Of a DNA stretch of 64,000 bases, positions 1 through 9,427 are shown piece after piece. This DNA comes from Obrimoposthia wandeli. Lineage: Eukaryota. The DNA lies in the NCBI GenBank assembly GCA_977020255.1, contig CDROCS010006706.1, positions 1 through 64,000 on the forward strand. The letters run 5' to 3'. The notes beneath the pieces are model-generated. The model worked only from the letters and a program-made list of their open reading frames with translations, had not been told where the DNA came from and did no database searches. A program made the position numbers and the translations under genes. Numbering within the stretch: the stretch's first letter is position 1; every line of letters begins with the position of its first letter.

Positions 1-1152
1 ATGGGTGATGAGCTGTTAATCGCACTATCGGCTCATATGAAAGGGGCGCTACGCGAAAATGACAGTTTAGCTCGTATTGGCGGTGATGAGTTTGTTGCTG
101 TTTTAGCTAATTTAATAAAGGTTGAAGATTGCGAGCCTGTACTGGAACGACTATTGCTTTCAGTGTCGGAGCCCGTTGCTATTGACGGTATCGTATTAAA
201 TATATCAGCGAGTATTGGAGTTACTCTTTATCCGCAAGATAATGTGGATGCTGATTTATTGATGCGACATGCTGATCAAGCTATGTATGTAGCTAAAGAA
301 TCAGGAAAAAACCGCTATCATTTGTTTGATACGATCCAAGATAATGCTGTTAAAGCACGACGGGAAAGCTTAGAGGCTATTAGAGATGCATTAGATAACG
401 ATCAGTTCGTGCTTTATTACCAACCTAAAGTAAATATGAAAACAGGAAAGGTGATGGGAGTTGAGGCACTCATTCGATGGCAACATCCCAAACGAGGGTT
501 GTTAAACCCGGGGGATTTTTTACCGGTGATCGAGAACAACCCTATAATTATCGAGATTGGTGAATGGGTTATAAATACAGCACTAACACAAATCGGCCAA
601 TGGCAAGGGGTTGAGTTTAATTACCCTATAAGTATTAGTGTTAATATTGCGGCGCTGCAATTACAACACTCTAAATTTGTAACTAGGTTAACTGCACTGC
701 TAGCAGCTCATCCCAATGTTGAGCCACATTATTTAGAGTTAGAGATATTGGAAACAAGCGCTTTAGGTGATATACATCATGTCTCAAAAATAATGAAGGA
801 TTGTATCGAGCTAGGTGTAAACTTTGCTTTGGATGATTTTGGCACAGGTTATTCATCGCTCACTTATCTTAGAAGATTTCCTGCAAAGCTAGTCAAGATC
901 GATCAGAGTTTTGTCCGAGATATGTTACATGACGCCGATGATTTGGCGATTGTCGAGGGAGTTGTCGCTTTAGCTAAATCATTTAAACGAGAGGTGATTG
1001 CTGAAGGTGTTGAAACAATAGAACACGGTACTGCACTATTGCAATTAGGGTGTGAATTAGCTCAAGGCTATGGCATTGCTAAACCTATGCCCGCTAGTGA
1101 TATCCCTGTATGGATTAGTAACTGGAAGCCAGATAGTCATTGGAAAAACTGA
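1..1152 (+). CDS. GGDEF-EAL diguanylate cyclase/phosphodiesterase, C-terminal part (5' end outside window)
   Basis: RENDSLARIGGDEF (RxxD I-site plus GGDEF), VEALIRW, ALDDFGTGYSSL, EGVET motifs; ORF begins at the window edge. Confidence 0.93.
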   Translation: MGDELLIALSAHMKGALRENDSLARIGGDEFVAVLANLIKVEDCEPVLERLLLSVSEPVAIDGIVLNISASIGVTLYPQDNVDADLLMRHADQAMYVAKESGKNRYHLFDTIQDNAVKARRESLEAIRDALDNDQFVLYYQPKVNMKTGKVMGVEALIRWQHPKRGLLNPGDFLPVIENNPIIIEIGEWVINTALTQIGQWQGVEFNYPISISVNIAALQLQHSKFVTRLTALLAAHPNVEPHYLELEILETSALGDIHHVSKIMKDCIELGVNFALDDFGTGYSSLTYLRRFPAKLVKIDQSFVRDMLHDADDLAIVEGVVALAKSFKREVIAEGVETIEHGTALLQLGCELAQGYGIAKPMPASDIPVWISNWKPDSHWKN

Positions 1153-1515
1153 AAACGCAACTGTTGCAATGTTGTATAATGTACTAACGTTTGAACTCTG
1201 TTTGTAAAGTGGTGATACTGTTCAAAAAAGTTGTTTGATTAGCAGTAGAGTCAGCCTCAAAAAAATGGACAATGCCAATTAGTGACTAAAAATCTGCACA
1301 AAACAGATTTCTGAGCGAGTTTGAGGCAGAACTTAAATTTCATGTTTAAATAACTACAATGAGTAGCCACACAGAATAAATTACATTCTCCCATAGCCTA
1401 GTTGTAGTCGTTACAAACGACGGATAAAACCCGTAAAAAGTGGTGCATTTTTAAATTTTGGTAACAAGTCTGCCAAAATAATACTCAGGCTTTAACTTTT
1501 TAAGAGTACTACGCT

Positions 1516-2472
1516 TTGTCTTTATCACAGCAATTATCATTATTCCGCGATGTCGTGCAGCAAGGTTCTTTTGCTAAAGCTGCGGCATTACACAACATGG
1601 ATAATTCATCGTTATCCAAGCATATTAAAAAGCTCGAAGTTAATTTAGGCGTGCAATTACTGAATCGCTCAACGCGTAGTTTTGCTTTAACGCCTGTTGG
1701 CGAGGAAATTTTTGCACAAACCCACGTACTTGTTGGCACGCTTGAGCATATACAAAATATTGCTGACTCATTTCAAGAATCACCAAAAGGTCATATTCGT
1801 ATCACCTCGTCAGTTGCTTTTGGTCAAATGTATTTACAGCCCACTGTTTCACTTTATATGAAAAAGTATCCTGAGGTAAAAATAACCCTGTCATTAGATG
1901 ACAAACGCTCTGACATTATTGCCGATCATTTTGATTTGGCCATTCGTATTGGTAAATTGGATGACTCAAGCCTGATTGCCAAAAAAATTGCCGATATGAA
2001 ATTTGCGATTGTGGCATCGACAGGCTTTATAGCAGAACACGGTATGCCAAAAACGCCTGAAGAGCTCATTGCATTGCCAGCAGTGATATACAGTAATGGC
2101 GGCTTTTCACTTGATCAAATGACTTTAAGTGAGTCTCCTAGTAGTCGTTTATTTAAACATTATAAAATGGCGGGGAATTACAAGGTGAATGATGTTAAAT
2201 CATTGATTCGAGCGGTATCTGACGGTTTAGGTTATAGCATGATTGATTTGTTTAATTTAGAACAGCCAATGAGTGAGTTCAATTTAATACCTTTACTCAC
2301 AGACCATCGCATAGCCAAAGAAGACTTAGGTATTTACGCGGTTTATCCTCATCGCAATCAAACCCCTTTAGTTACCGAGTTCATTAGAGCGTTACAAGCG
2401 TTTATTGGGCAACCGCCATTTTGGGAAGCGCATATTCCCGACTATATTAATTTATATAAAGGCAATGAGTAA
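1516..2472 (+). CDS. LysR family transcriptional regulator (DmlR/CrgA-like), TTG start
   Basis: N-terminal HTH (GSFAKAA...LSKHIKKLEVNLGVQLLNRSTRS), substrate-binding domain (FDLAIRIGKLDDSSLIAKKI). Confidence 0.92.
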   Translation: MSLSQQLSLFRDVVQQGSFAKAAALHNMDNSSLSKHIKKLEVNLGVQLLNRSTRSFALTPVGEEIFAQTHVLVGTLEHIQNIADSFQESPKGHIRITSSVAFGQMYLQPTVSLYMKKYPEVKITLSLDDKRSDIIADHFDLAIRIGKLDDSSLIAKKIADMKFAIVASTGFIAEHGMPKTPEELIALPAVIYSNGGFSLDQMTLSESPSSRLFKHYKMAGNYKVNDVKSLIRAVSDGLGYSMIDLFNLEQPMSEFNLIPLLTDHRIAKEDLGIYAVYPHRNQTPLVTEFIRALQAFIGQPPFWEAHIPDYINLYKGNE

Positions 2473-2780
2473 ATTTAAAACCTCTTGTTTATCGGATGGA
2501 ATAGGACAGCTTTACGTTACAACCGTATTCACTCTACTGCCTATAACTTTAACGGCATGTATTACTTATGCTTGCCTTGCACGCCAATAATCATGTAACC
2601 ATTAATAACGCTTGGTTTTACCTAGTAAGATGGCACTGGCATATAATAAGCATGTATCGTCATTACTATGCAGCGTTATGTAGTTTCCATAGCTTTCTTC
2701 AAACTATACGGTTAAAAAGATATTTTCTTCAACCTTAAATGCTTTATTAAGGGAGTGACCCATCAAGCATCTGGCTTTGA
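2465..2780 (-). pseudogene. Possible decayed LytTR-domain (response regulator C-terminal) remnant
   Basis: One minus-strand frame reads ...FEESYGNYITLHSNDDTCLL...HAVKVIGSRV...IPSDKQEVLNLL with 4 internal stops; resembles LytTR motifs IESxGNYVxLH and YKQEVL; abuts the MITE at 2787. Confidence 0.3.
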
Positions 2781-2786
2781 ACTAGT

Positions 2787-2949
2787 TAGTGTCCATCCAG
2801 AAACGGATGTCTACTGCGAACGCCTCACTGACACAATCTACTCACTACTAGATATAGTTGTTTGGAATAACCAAACGCCCATATCTAGTAGTACGTATCT
2901 TGAATCATTGAGCCGCTCTCGCGACGACCCCGTTTCAGGATGAACACTA
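2787..2949 (+). mobile_element. MITE-like repeat family 1, copy A (159 bp plus flanking TA)
   Basis: TA|GTGTCCATCC...GGATGAACAC|TA termini; core 2794-2942 matches the reverse complement of the 61592-61756 copy with 7 mismatches in 149 nt (manual alignment); nested internal inverted repeats. Confidence 0.85.
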
Positions 2950-3222
2950 GTTAAGTTGTGATAACTAATGCCAGCTTTTTCTAGCTTCATATTGTACGAA
3001 CGATCACTAGTCTATTTATAGCTTATAACGGGGACGTCAATTGTTCTAGTTGCTAGCTGAAATTATTTAACACAGGTGATTTTGGCAATAAAAATCAAAC
3101 TTAATAGAGAGATAATTCGACAACATTGACTGATTACCCCTAACGCGCTTCGATTAATAGTTTTAAAATATTTGACTGTGGATTGGCACCAATTAGCTAG
3201 TTGTTAATAAAGCTTTTTTCAA

Positions 3223-3864
3223 TTAAAACTCAACGACAAAATTCATATATTGCTCTAATTTGCCAACAACAGCCTCGGCCATTAATCTACCAGTTTCAAT
3301 GGCATACGGTTGATTAAAGTGAATATCCCAAACATCAGATTCTTTTCGCCAATGCTCATAAACAGCCAGTGTGTCACCTTCTCCGTCAACGGTGTATAAA
3401 TCAAATATGAGGTTACCTTCTTCTGCCCGAGTATGTTTTACATGAGTTTCAAACTGGTTAAGCAATTGTGTACGGTAAGCGGGTTTGATTTTGAAAATAA
3501 AGAAAATAATAAACAATTCATCGCTATCTTTAGCTGATTTAGGATTATTCTCGTGCAAAGGCGCTGGCGTAGTATTATTTACTTTCAACACTAGTGGTGC
3601 TGAATTCACTGCTGTAGTCATTAACTCCATAACGGCTTGGGTAGAAGGTCTTAACGCATGGCGTTGCAATGCTTCACTATCTTTAAACCGTTCATAAGCA
3701 AAAATTATATTGGGCTGAGTTTTATCTTGAAATAAACGCAGTTCTAGACTGCTAGCATCACCTTTTGCTCCATCTTGATCGTTGAGTAGTGCCACTTTAA
3801 ATGTTTCAACTAAGTCTGATTTAATATCAAATTTTACGATTTGCGTGATCATCATATAATCCAT
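3223..3864 (-). CDS. Tandem ABM-domain (antibiotic biosynthesis monooxygenase / putative quinol monooxygenase) protein
   Basis: Two ABM-like repeats (AYERFKDSEALQRHA; TRAEEGNLIFDLY...VYEHW...HFNQPY). Confidence 0.85.
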   Translation of the reverse strand: MDYMMITQIVKFDIKSDLVETFKVALLNDQDGAKGDASSLELRLFQDKTQPNIIFAYERFKDSEALQRHALRPSTQAVMELMTTAVNSAPLVLKVNNTTPAPLHENNPKSAKDSDELFIIFFIFKIKPAYRTQLLNQFETHVKHTRAEEGNLIFDLYTVDGEGDTLAVYEHWRKESDVWDIHFNQPYAIETGRLMAEAVVGKLEQYMNFVVEF

Positions 3865-3946
3865 GAGAAATTTTGGAATTAGTATTCCAACTCAACCCTA
3901 CATCATGGCTAAGTTAGAATAATATGCATTGGCAACTAAATGGCAA

Positions 3947-4615
3947 TTAAACTTCTGTTAAAATGTCAGCATAAGGTAAGCGTGATTTGGGTAATACGGC
4001 ATTAAAGTCTAGTTCTGTGTCGCTATAACCTAAAGTAACAATGGCAAAGCTTTCAAAACCTTTTTCAGTTAAGCCAAACTCTGTATCAAGCACTTTTGCG
4101 TCAATTCCTTCCATCGGCGTAGCATCAATACCTAGCGCTGATACACCTAATAAAAATGCGCCTAAGTTAAGATAAACTTGTTTTTCCATCCAATGTTTAA
4201 CATCATTAAAATCATTTTTGTGTAAGTCGATAAACATATTTCTACCACCGTGCATACGTTCTTTAAACGCGATAGGGTCAGCTTCAAAACGACCATCAGC
4301 TTCTTCTTGCGCTAATACACGTAATAGATAATCTTCTTCAATATCTACTCGAGTACTAAATACCACAACATGCGAGGCATTTAAAATAGACTGACTATTA
4401 AAGGGATATAAGGTCTCAGTCGACTTTACAATTTTCTCTTTTGCTGCATCAGTAGAGGCTAATACAAAATGCCAAGGTTGAGCGTTAACACTTGAAGGGC
4501 TATAGCGTAACAACTCTTTAATTTTTATAATATTGTCGGCAGAGATTTTTTTGCTTACATCATACGCTTTTGCTGACTGGCGGTTTTTTGCGTAGTAAAT
4601 AATATCTTTGTTCAT
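3947..4615 (-). CDS. nfsB: Oxygen-insensitive NAD(P)H nitroreductase (NfsB-like)
   Basis: RYSPSSVNAQPWHF, WMEKQVYLNLGAFLLGVSALGIDATPMEG, PKSRLP motifs. Confidence 0.92.
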   Translation of the reverse strand: MNKDIIYYAKNRQSAKAYDVSKKISADNIIKIKELLRYSPSSVNAQPWHFVLASTDAAKEKIVKSTETLYPFNSQSILNASHVVVFSTRVDIEEDYLLRVLAQEEADGRFEADPIAFKERMHGGRNMFIDLHKNDFNDVKHWMEKQVYLNLGAFLLGVSALGIDATPMEGIDAKVLDTEFGLTEKGFESFAIVTLGYSDTELDFNAVLPKSRLPYADILTEV

Positions 4616-4761
4616 GATCTAAGTCCTAAATATTGTTTGTTTAGTGATTGTCTTATTGACCCAATTCACCTTGGTATTAGAGAGTAATTAACAGCTGCGA
4701 AATTTAATAAGGCAATTATGCCGATATAACCACAAGAGAAAAATAGCAAAAGTATCCAATA

Positions 4762-4785
4762 ATTATGGACAATAAACTCCATAAT
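4762..4785. promoter_or_regulatory. Candidate operator upstream of nfsB
   Basis: Perfect inverted repeat ATTATGGA-N8-TCCATAAT, overlapping a second dyad TCCA-ataatta-TGGA, about 150 bp upstream of the nfsB start. Confidence 0.35.
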
Positions 4786-5169
4786 AGACTTAAGACCAAT
4801 AAAGTCATAAAGCTCGATTGATTCGATATGGCACTAAACGATGGCTTTGTGACTTTTTCAAAATTTTATGTGTCTGATGAGTTAAATTTTGTTAGTTAAT
4901 TGCTGCGCGTAAATACGCGAAAATTTACATCTTTTTAATTAGCGCTGTTTAAATTCAGGCTCTATTAGTGAAAAGGTATTAGTTTGTATGTGTATTAGGA
5001 CAGCAGTTCAAATGCGCATAAAATTTTTTTGTAAAGAAAAGTACTGCGTAATACTCTACATTGTTTGATAAAGGGGGGGGAGGGAATCGTGCAAAAGTTA
5101 AACGGATTTATCAAGAGTTTGGCGGTGTTTTCCATTGTTGATGGAATGTTGTGGCACACTGCTCTCAAA

Positions 5170-8100
5170 TCAGCAAAACTTATCTAAGGTGTCGATCATA
5201 TCATCAAAGGTATTTTGGAAATTTGGCAAGCCTTCACGTGCGGCATCTAGATCCCCATCAAGATATAGGGTGTGTTGGGTTTGAGCTATAAGATGAAATG
5301 CTTCGTGTGCATCATTAAATCGTTTAAAACCATTAGCATCAAAGATATGTTCTTGTTTCACTCGTTTTATCCACGCGCCACAAGAACAATTTTTACTATC
5401 CATAATTGGCCAGCATTCCTCTTCTTCTGATGATGATTGAATACTCTTTATAAAACGACCTTTCCATTGATTTGCTATTAAACTAAACAGTCTTATCTTA
5501 TTATCTTTTACAGTATGGGCGCTATTACCGCATTGGAGCCATTTCTGATTTGGAGTGTAATTGGTTAACCATGAGGGGAAGTCATTCGCAGGCATCGGTT
5601 TAGCAATACTATAACCTTGAGCGGCTTCACAGCCCATAATTAGAAGCATTAAACCATGATTGGTTGTTTCAATACCTTCGGCTATCACATGTCGGCCAAA
5701 AGACTTAGCTAAGCCTATTACACCATCTATAATGGCATAGTCACTTGGATCGTCCAGCATATTGTGAACAAAACTTTTATCTATTTTTATGGTATCGACT
5801 GGCAAGCTTCTTAGATGTACTAACGATGAATAACCTGTACCAAAATCATCTAATGCTACTTTAACCCCTAAAGTTTCTTCGCACCTCTCAATAATCGCAC
5901 TAATCGCACTCAAATCGCCAAAGGCAGAGCTTTCTAGAATTTCTAACTGCAGGTATTTTGAGTTAACAGAGGGATGTTTTGAAAGGATATTGTCAAGTTC
6001 AATAAAGAATCTTTCAGATAATAAGTGATGGGATGCGATATTAACACTGACTTCAATACTAATGCCTTGTTTACACCATACTTCAAGCTGTTGTAAAGCT
6101 TGGCTAACAACCCAGTTGCCAATTTTTATTTCTAATTCAGTTTCCTCAATAGCAGGTAAAAAATCTAACGGAGCGATAATCCCCTTCTCAGGATGTATCC
6201 AGCGAATAAGTGCCTCAGCGCCAAATACATGGCCATTTAACATATTAACTTTGGGCTGGTAATACAATTGAAATTCATTATTCGCTAATGCCTGTTCAAT
6301 TTCTTCTAACTGATGATGCTTTTGAATCGTGCGTTGGTCATGCTCTGTGTTAAACAAATGAAAGCGTTTTTTCCCCTCTAGTTTAGCTTTATACATCGCT
6401 TGGTCTGCATGGCGTAATAAAGTATCAATATCTCCGTCATCATCTGGATATAAAGTTACCCCAATGGAAGCTGTTATCTTATGAGTATTACCATCAATGA
6501 AAAACGGCTGTGCAAGGGAAAAGTTTATACGCTGTAGCGTTTGCGTACATTCTGCAAAAGACTCAATGTCATTAAGTAACAAGGTAAACTCATCACCGCC
6601 TTGGCGTGAAACAGTATCTTCTTGTCTAATATTGGCTGCTATGCGTTCAGCTACTTCAATAAGCAGCTTGTCGCCTATATCGTGACCGTAGTTATCATTA
6701 ACAGGCTTGAAGTTGTCTAAATCGAGAAAGCAAACAGCGAGTAGGTGTTGGGTACTATTACTGTGGGCAATAGCTTGGTGGAATCGATCAGCAAACAAGG
6801 TACGATTAGGTAAGCTGGTGAGTTCATCGTAATGGGCCATAAAACTAAGCTGTTCTTGATGCTTTTTTCTGCGGGTGATATCTGTGAAAATACTTACATA
6901 ATTTATGATGTTATCATTTTCATTTTTTAGCACAGAAATACTGAGTAGCTCAGCATAAATCTCGCCACTTTTTTTGCGATTCCATACTTCACCTTGCCAG
7001 TGATCTTGTTCATTAATTTGTAGCCACATATCTTGATAAAACTCAGAGCTTTGTTGGCCTGAACTGAGTATTCTCGGATTCTGACCAATGACTTCTTCAA
7101 GTGTATAGCCCGTTATTTTGATAAAAGCAGGGTTGACATCAATAATATTCATATCGGCATCAGTAATGGCAATGCCTTCGTGCGTATTGCTAAACACACG
7201 GGCGGAAAGCTTTAACTTCTTTTCTGCTTGTACTCGTATCGTTGAATCTCGCCCTATTCCTAAGACACCAATAATATCTCCTTGTGAATCTTTCAAAGGA
7301 ATTTTTTTGGTATCAAATATCTGTACATCACCTTCTGTAATTGCAGGGTCATAAGGGTTATGGACAAAATTTCCTGCTAAAGCGGATTTGTCATCTTGTT
7401 CCCATCCAAGCACTCCTGTCGCAGGATTACCATGAATTAGCTCGCGATCAAAGCCAATTTCAGTGTCCGTTTTTCCATACATTTCAGTAGACGTCTTTCC
7501 GACGGACTCACAGTAAACAGTGTTGCATAAAATGGTACGAAGCTGTGTGTCCTTCACAAAAATTAGATCATCAGAACTATTAATGACATTCCTAAATAGC
7601 GAATTAACCTCTGCAAAATTTTTCTCAGTTTGCTTTCGCGAAGTAACATCCTCAGTCATGCATAAGTGACGGGGGTTACTTTGGCCTTTGACTTCCATGG
7701 CGGCAATTGTCATATTGATCCATCGGGTGTCTCTATCGGGCTGGATAAAACGTATCTGCATGGTAAAGCTGGGTTTTTCACCAGCAGTTAATGCTGCCAA
7801 ATTATCAACAATTTCTTGTTTTTCATCTGAATGGGTTATAGTCATCCAGGGTAGCGCTTTCAATTCGGTTAACGAACGACCTGCCATACGAGAATAAGCT
7901 GGGTTGGCATCAAAAACTTCACCTGTTAATGAATCAATGACAGCCACACCGAGAGGAACCTCATTGAAAATAGTATGAAAATGCTTATTTGCTGTAGAGG
8001 CTTTTATTGTTTCTCTTATAAATGCATACATTAATAAAAAAAGTAAAAATGCTGGCCCGAATACATAGAACCTAATATTCCAAATGTTTTGGGGTAAGGT

Positions 8101-8838
8101 GCTCCATCCGCCTTTAGGTATCGCTGCTATCTGCCAAGGACCACCAGGCAGTTCAATAGTGGATTCAACGTGTGCATTATTGAACAAAGCGGAAGAGCCA
8201 AAAAATACTCCTCTAGAATTATTCCTAATAGCGACCTCTATTGCTAGGTTCTCGTCTAGAAGACCACTTTGTTTAATAAGCTTATTAATGTCTATAACGG
8301 CAGAAATTATTCCCCAAAAGGACTTATCACCCACTTTATTTTCTAGGAATATTGGCAGTCTAGTTATTAAGCCAGTTCCTCCTTGCACTAACTTTAAAGG
8401 CCCTGCCAACGTTAGCTGTTTTGTCTGCTTAGCTTTGAGAACAGCATCTATCTGTAGAGGTTGCTTTCTATAATTCAATCCAATCGCAGCTTCGTTTCCT
8501 TCCATTGGGTACATATAGGTCAATATTAGATCGGGTGCAGCTGCAATGTTGAGTAAAAGAGTATGTTCATCAAATAATTGTTTAACAGCTATGCCAAATG
8601 CGTGTTGAGATAAATTGGGATTGACTTGAAATAGTGCAGGTAAACCTTTCACAACTTGAATGTTTTTATAAAGTTTTAAAGTAAGTTGGCTATTCAGCTG
8701 ATTTAGGTTATTTTTCACCTGCTGGTGAGATGTTAGCTTGTGGCGTTCAATAATTTCACGTTCTATTAAAATGGAGGCGATAGTTAGTATTAGCGCAATA
8801 AATAATAGGCTAGCGTAGTACTTAACTTTATTATTCAA
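5170..8838 (-). CDS. CHASE-PAS(x3)-GGDEF-EAL protein with C-terminal CZB-like domain
   Basis: N-terminal TM plus CHASE (AGPLKLVQGGTGLITRLPIF), PAS repeats, RQEDTVSRQGGDEF, AEALIRW, DDFGTGYSS, C-terminal CSCGAW...HEAFH. Confidence 0.9.
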   Translation of the reverse strand: MNNKVKYYASLLFIALILTIASILIEREIIERHKLTSHQQVKNNLNQLNSQLTLKLYKNIQVVKGLPALFQVNPNLSQHAFGIAVKQLFDEHTLLLNIAAAPDLILTYMYPMEGNEAAIGLNYRKQPLQIDAVLKAKQTKQLTLAGPLKLVQGGTGLITRLPIFLENKVGDKSFWGIISAVIDINKLIKQSGLLDENLAIEVAIRNNSRGVFFGSSALFNNAHVESTIELPGGPWQIAAIPKGGWSTLPQNIWNIRFYVFGPAFLLFLLMYAFIRETIKASTANKHFHTIFNEVPLGVAVIDSLTGEVFDANPAYSRMAGRSLTELKALPWMTITHSDEKQEIVDNLAALTAGEKPSFTMQIRFIQPDRDTRWINMTIAAMEVKGQSNPRHLCMTEDVTSRKQTEKNFAEVNSLFRNVINSSDDLIFVKDTQLRTILCNTVYCESVGKTSTEMYGKTDTEIGFDRELIHGNPATGVLGWEQDDKSALAGNFVHNPYDPAITEGDVQIFDTKKIPLKDSQGDIIGVLGIGRDSTIRVQAEKKLKLSARVFSNTHEGIAITDADMNIIDVNPAFIKITGYTLEEVIGQNPRILSSGQQSSEFYQDMWLQINEQDHWQGEVWNRKKSGEIYAELLSISVLKNENDNIINYVSIFTDITRRKKHQEQLSFMAHYDELTSLPNRTLFADRFHQAIAHSNSTQHLLAVCFLDLDNFKPVNDNYGHDIGDKLLIEVAERIAANIRQEDTVSRQGGDEFTLLLNDIESFAECTQTLQRINFSLAQPFFIDGNTHKITASIGVTLYPDDDGDIDTLLRHADQAMYKAKLEGKKRFHLFNTEHDQRTIQKHHQLEEIEQALANNEFQLYYQPKVNMLNGHVFGAEALIRWIHPEKGIIAPLDFLPAIEETELEIKIGNWVVSQALQQLEVWCKQGISIEVSVNIASHHLLSERFFIELDNILSKHPSVNSKYLQLEILESSAFGDLSAISAIIERCEETLGVKVALDDFGTGYSSLVHLRSLPVDTIKIDKSFVHNMLDDPSDYAIIDGVIGLAKSFGRHVIAEGIETTNHGLMLLIMGCEAAQGYSIAKPMPANDFPSWLTNYTPNQKWLQCGNSAHTVKDNKIRLFSLIANQWKGRFIKSIQSSSEEEECWPIMDSKNCSCGAWIKRVKQEHIFDANGFKRFNDAHEAFHLIAQTQHTLYLDGDLDAAREGLPNFQNTFDDMIDTLDKFC

Positions 8839-9027
8839 AATATGATTGCCTGTTGTATATGAAAGACTCGTGTTTAGATGAATGTGTTATTCGTTACAGA
8901 ACCTTCAATCCTAGGTTAACTCACACTCATATTATTGAATCACTGCTAGAGTCAGTACTAGCAAATTGGTGCCGATAATTTAGTGAAGTTTATGGAAATG
9001 AGCAATAATATTCGTTTAAAACTATTG

Positions 9028-9169
9028 GTGTCCTGTTGAATTTTTGTTGTTCTATAACTCATTGATGTTACGTTAACGATAATTGTTATTTGGCTGAAAT
9101 AATCGAATTCACTATGCTAGAAACCACAAATCAATGAGAAAAGAGTTTACATTTTTTAACCGGACAGTA
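9028..9169 (+). mobile_element. MITE-like repeat family 2, copy A (~140 bp)
   Basis: Termini GTGTCCTGTT...AACCGGACAG|TA; internal dyad CTCATTGAT...ATCAATGAG; colinear similarity to 54293-54433. Confidence 0.7.
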
Positions 9170-9396
9170 ACGGTTAAAAACATTCTAACACATCGTTTTT
9201 ACATGACAATAATACACATCTGAGCGCAGCTTTCGCCTATTGGCTATTATGTACAAAGTTTAGACTATGATAGATCTTGTTCTCTAGCTTAGCGGTATCT
9301 TAATCGCTATGCAGGCTTAGGGCAAAGCGGTTATTATTTGCTTTAAACTGACAAATACAGCTGCACAGTGTGAACGTTTTAACCTAAAGGAATATA

Positions 9397-9423
9397 ATAA
9401 AACCCCTGATGACAGGGGGATTT
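9397..9423 (-). terminator. Intrinsic terminator of the DUF465 gene
   Basis: Minus strand CCCCTG-tcat-CAGGGG followed by TTTTAT, just after the stop. Confidence 0.7.
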
Positions 9424-9427
9424 GTAA

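Noticed and set aside
1248-1275. AGAGTCAGCCTCAAAAAAATGGACA, loosely like an IS3-family terminal repeat
   Set aside because: No partner end and no transposase remnant visible; too short to support
2755-2943. 62-aa ORF MTHQASGF...
   Set aside because: Lies almost entirely within MITE copy A; a by-product of the repeat
5073-5080. Second G8 homopolymer
   Set aside because: Intergenic, downstream of a stop and far from the nfsB start, so no clear way to switch expression; useful only as a control
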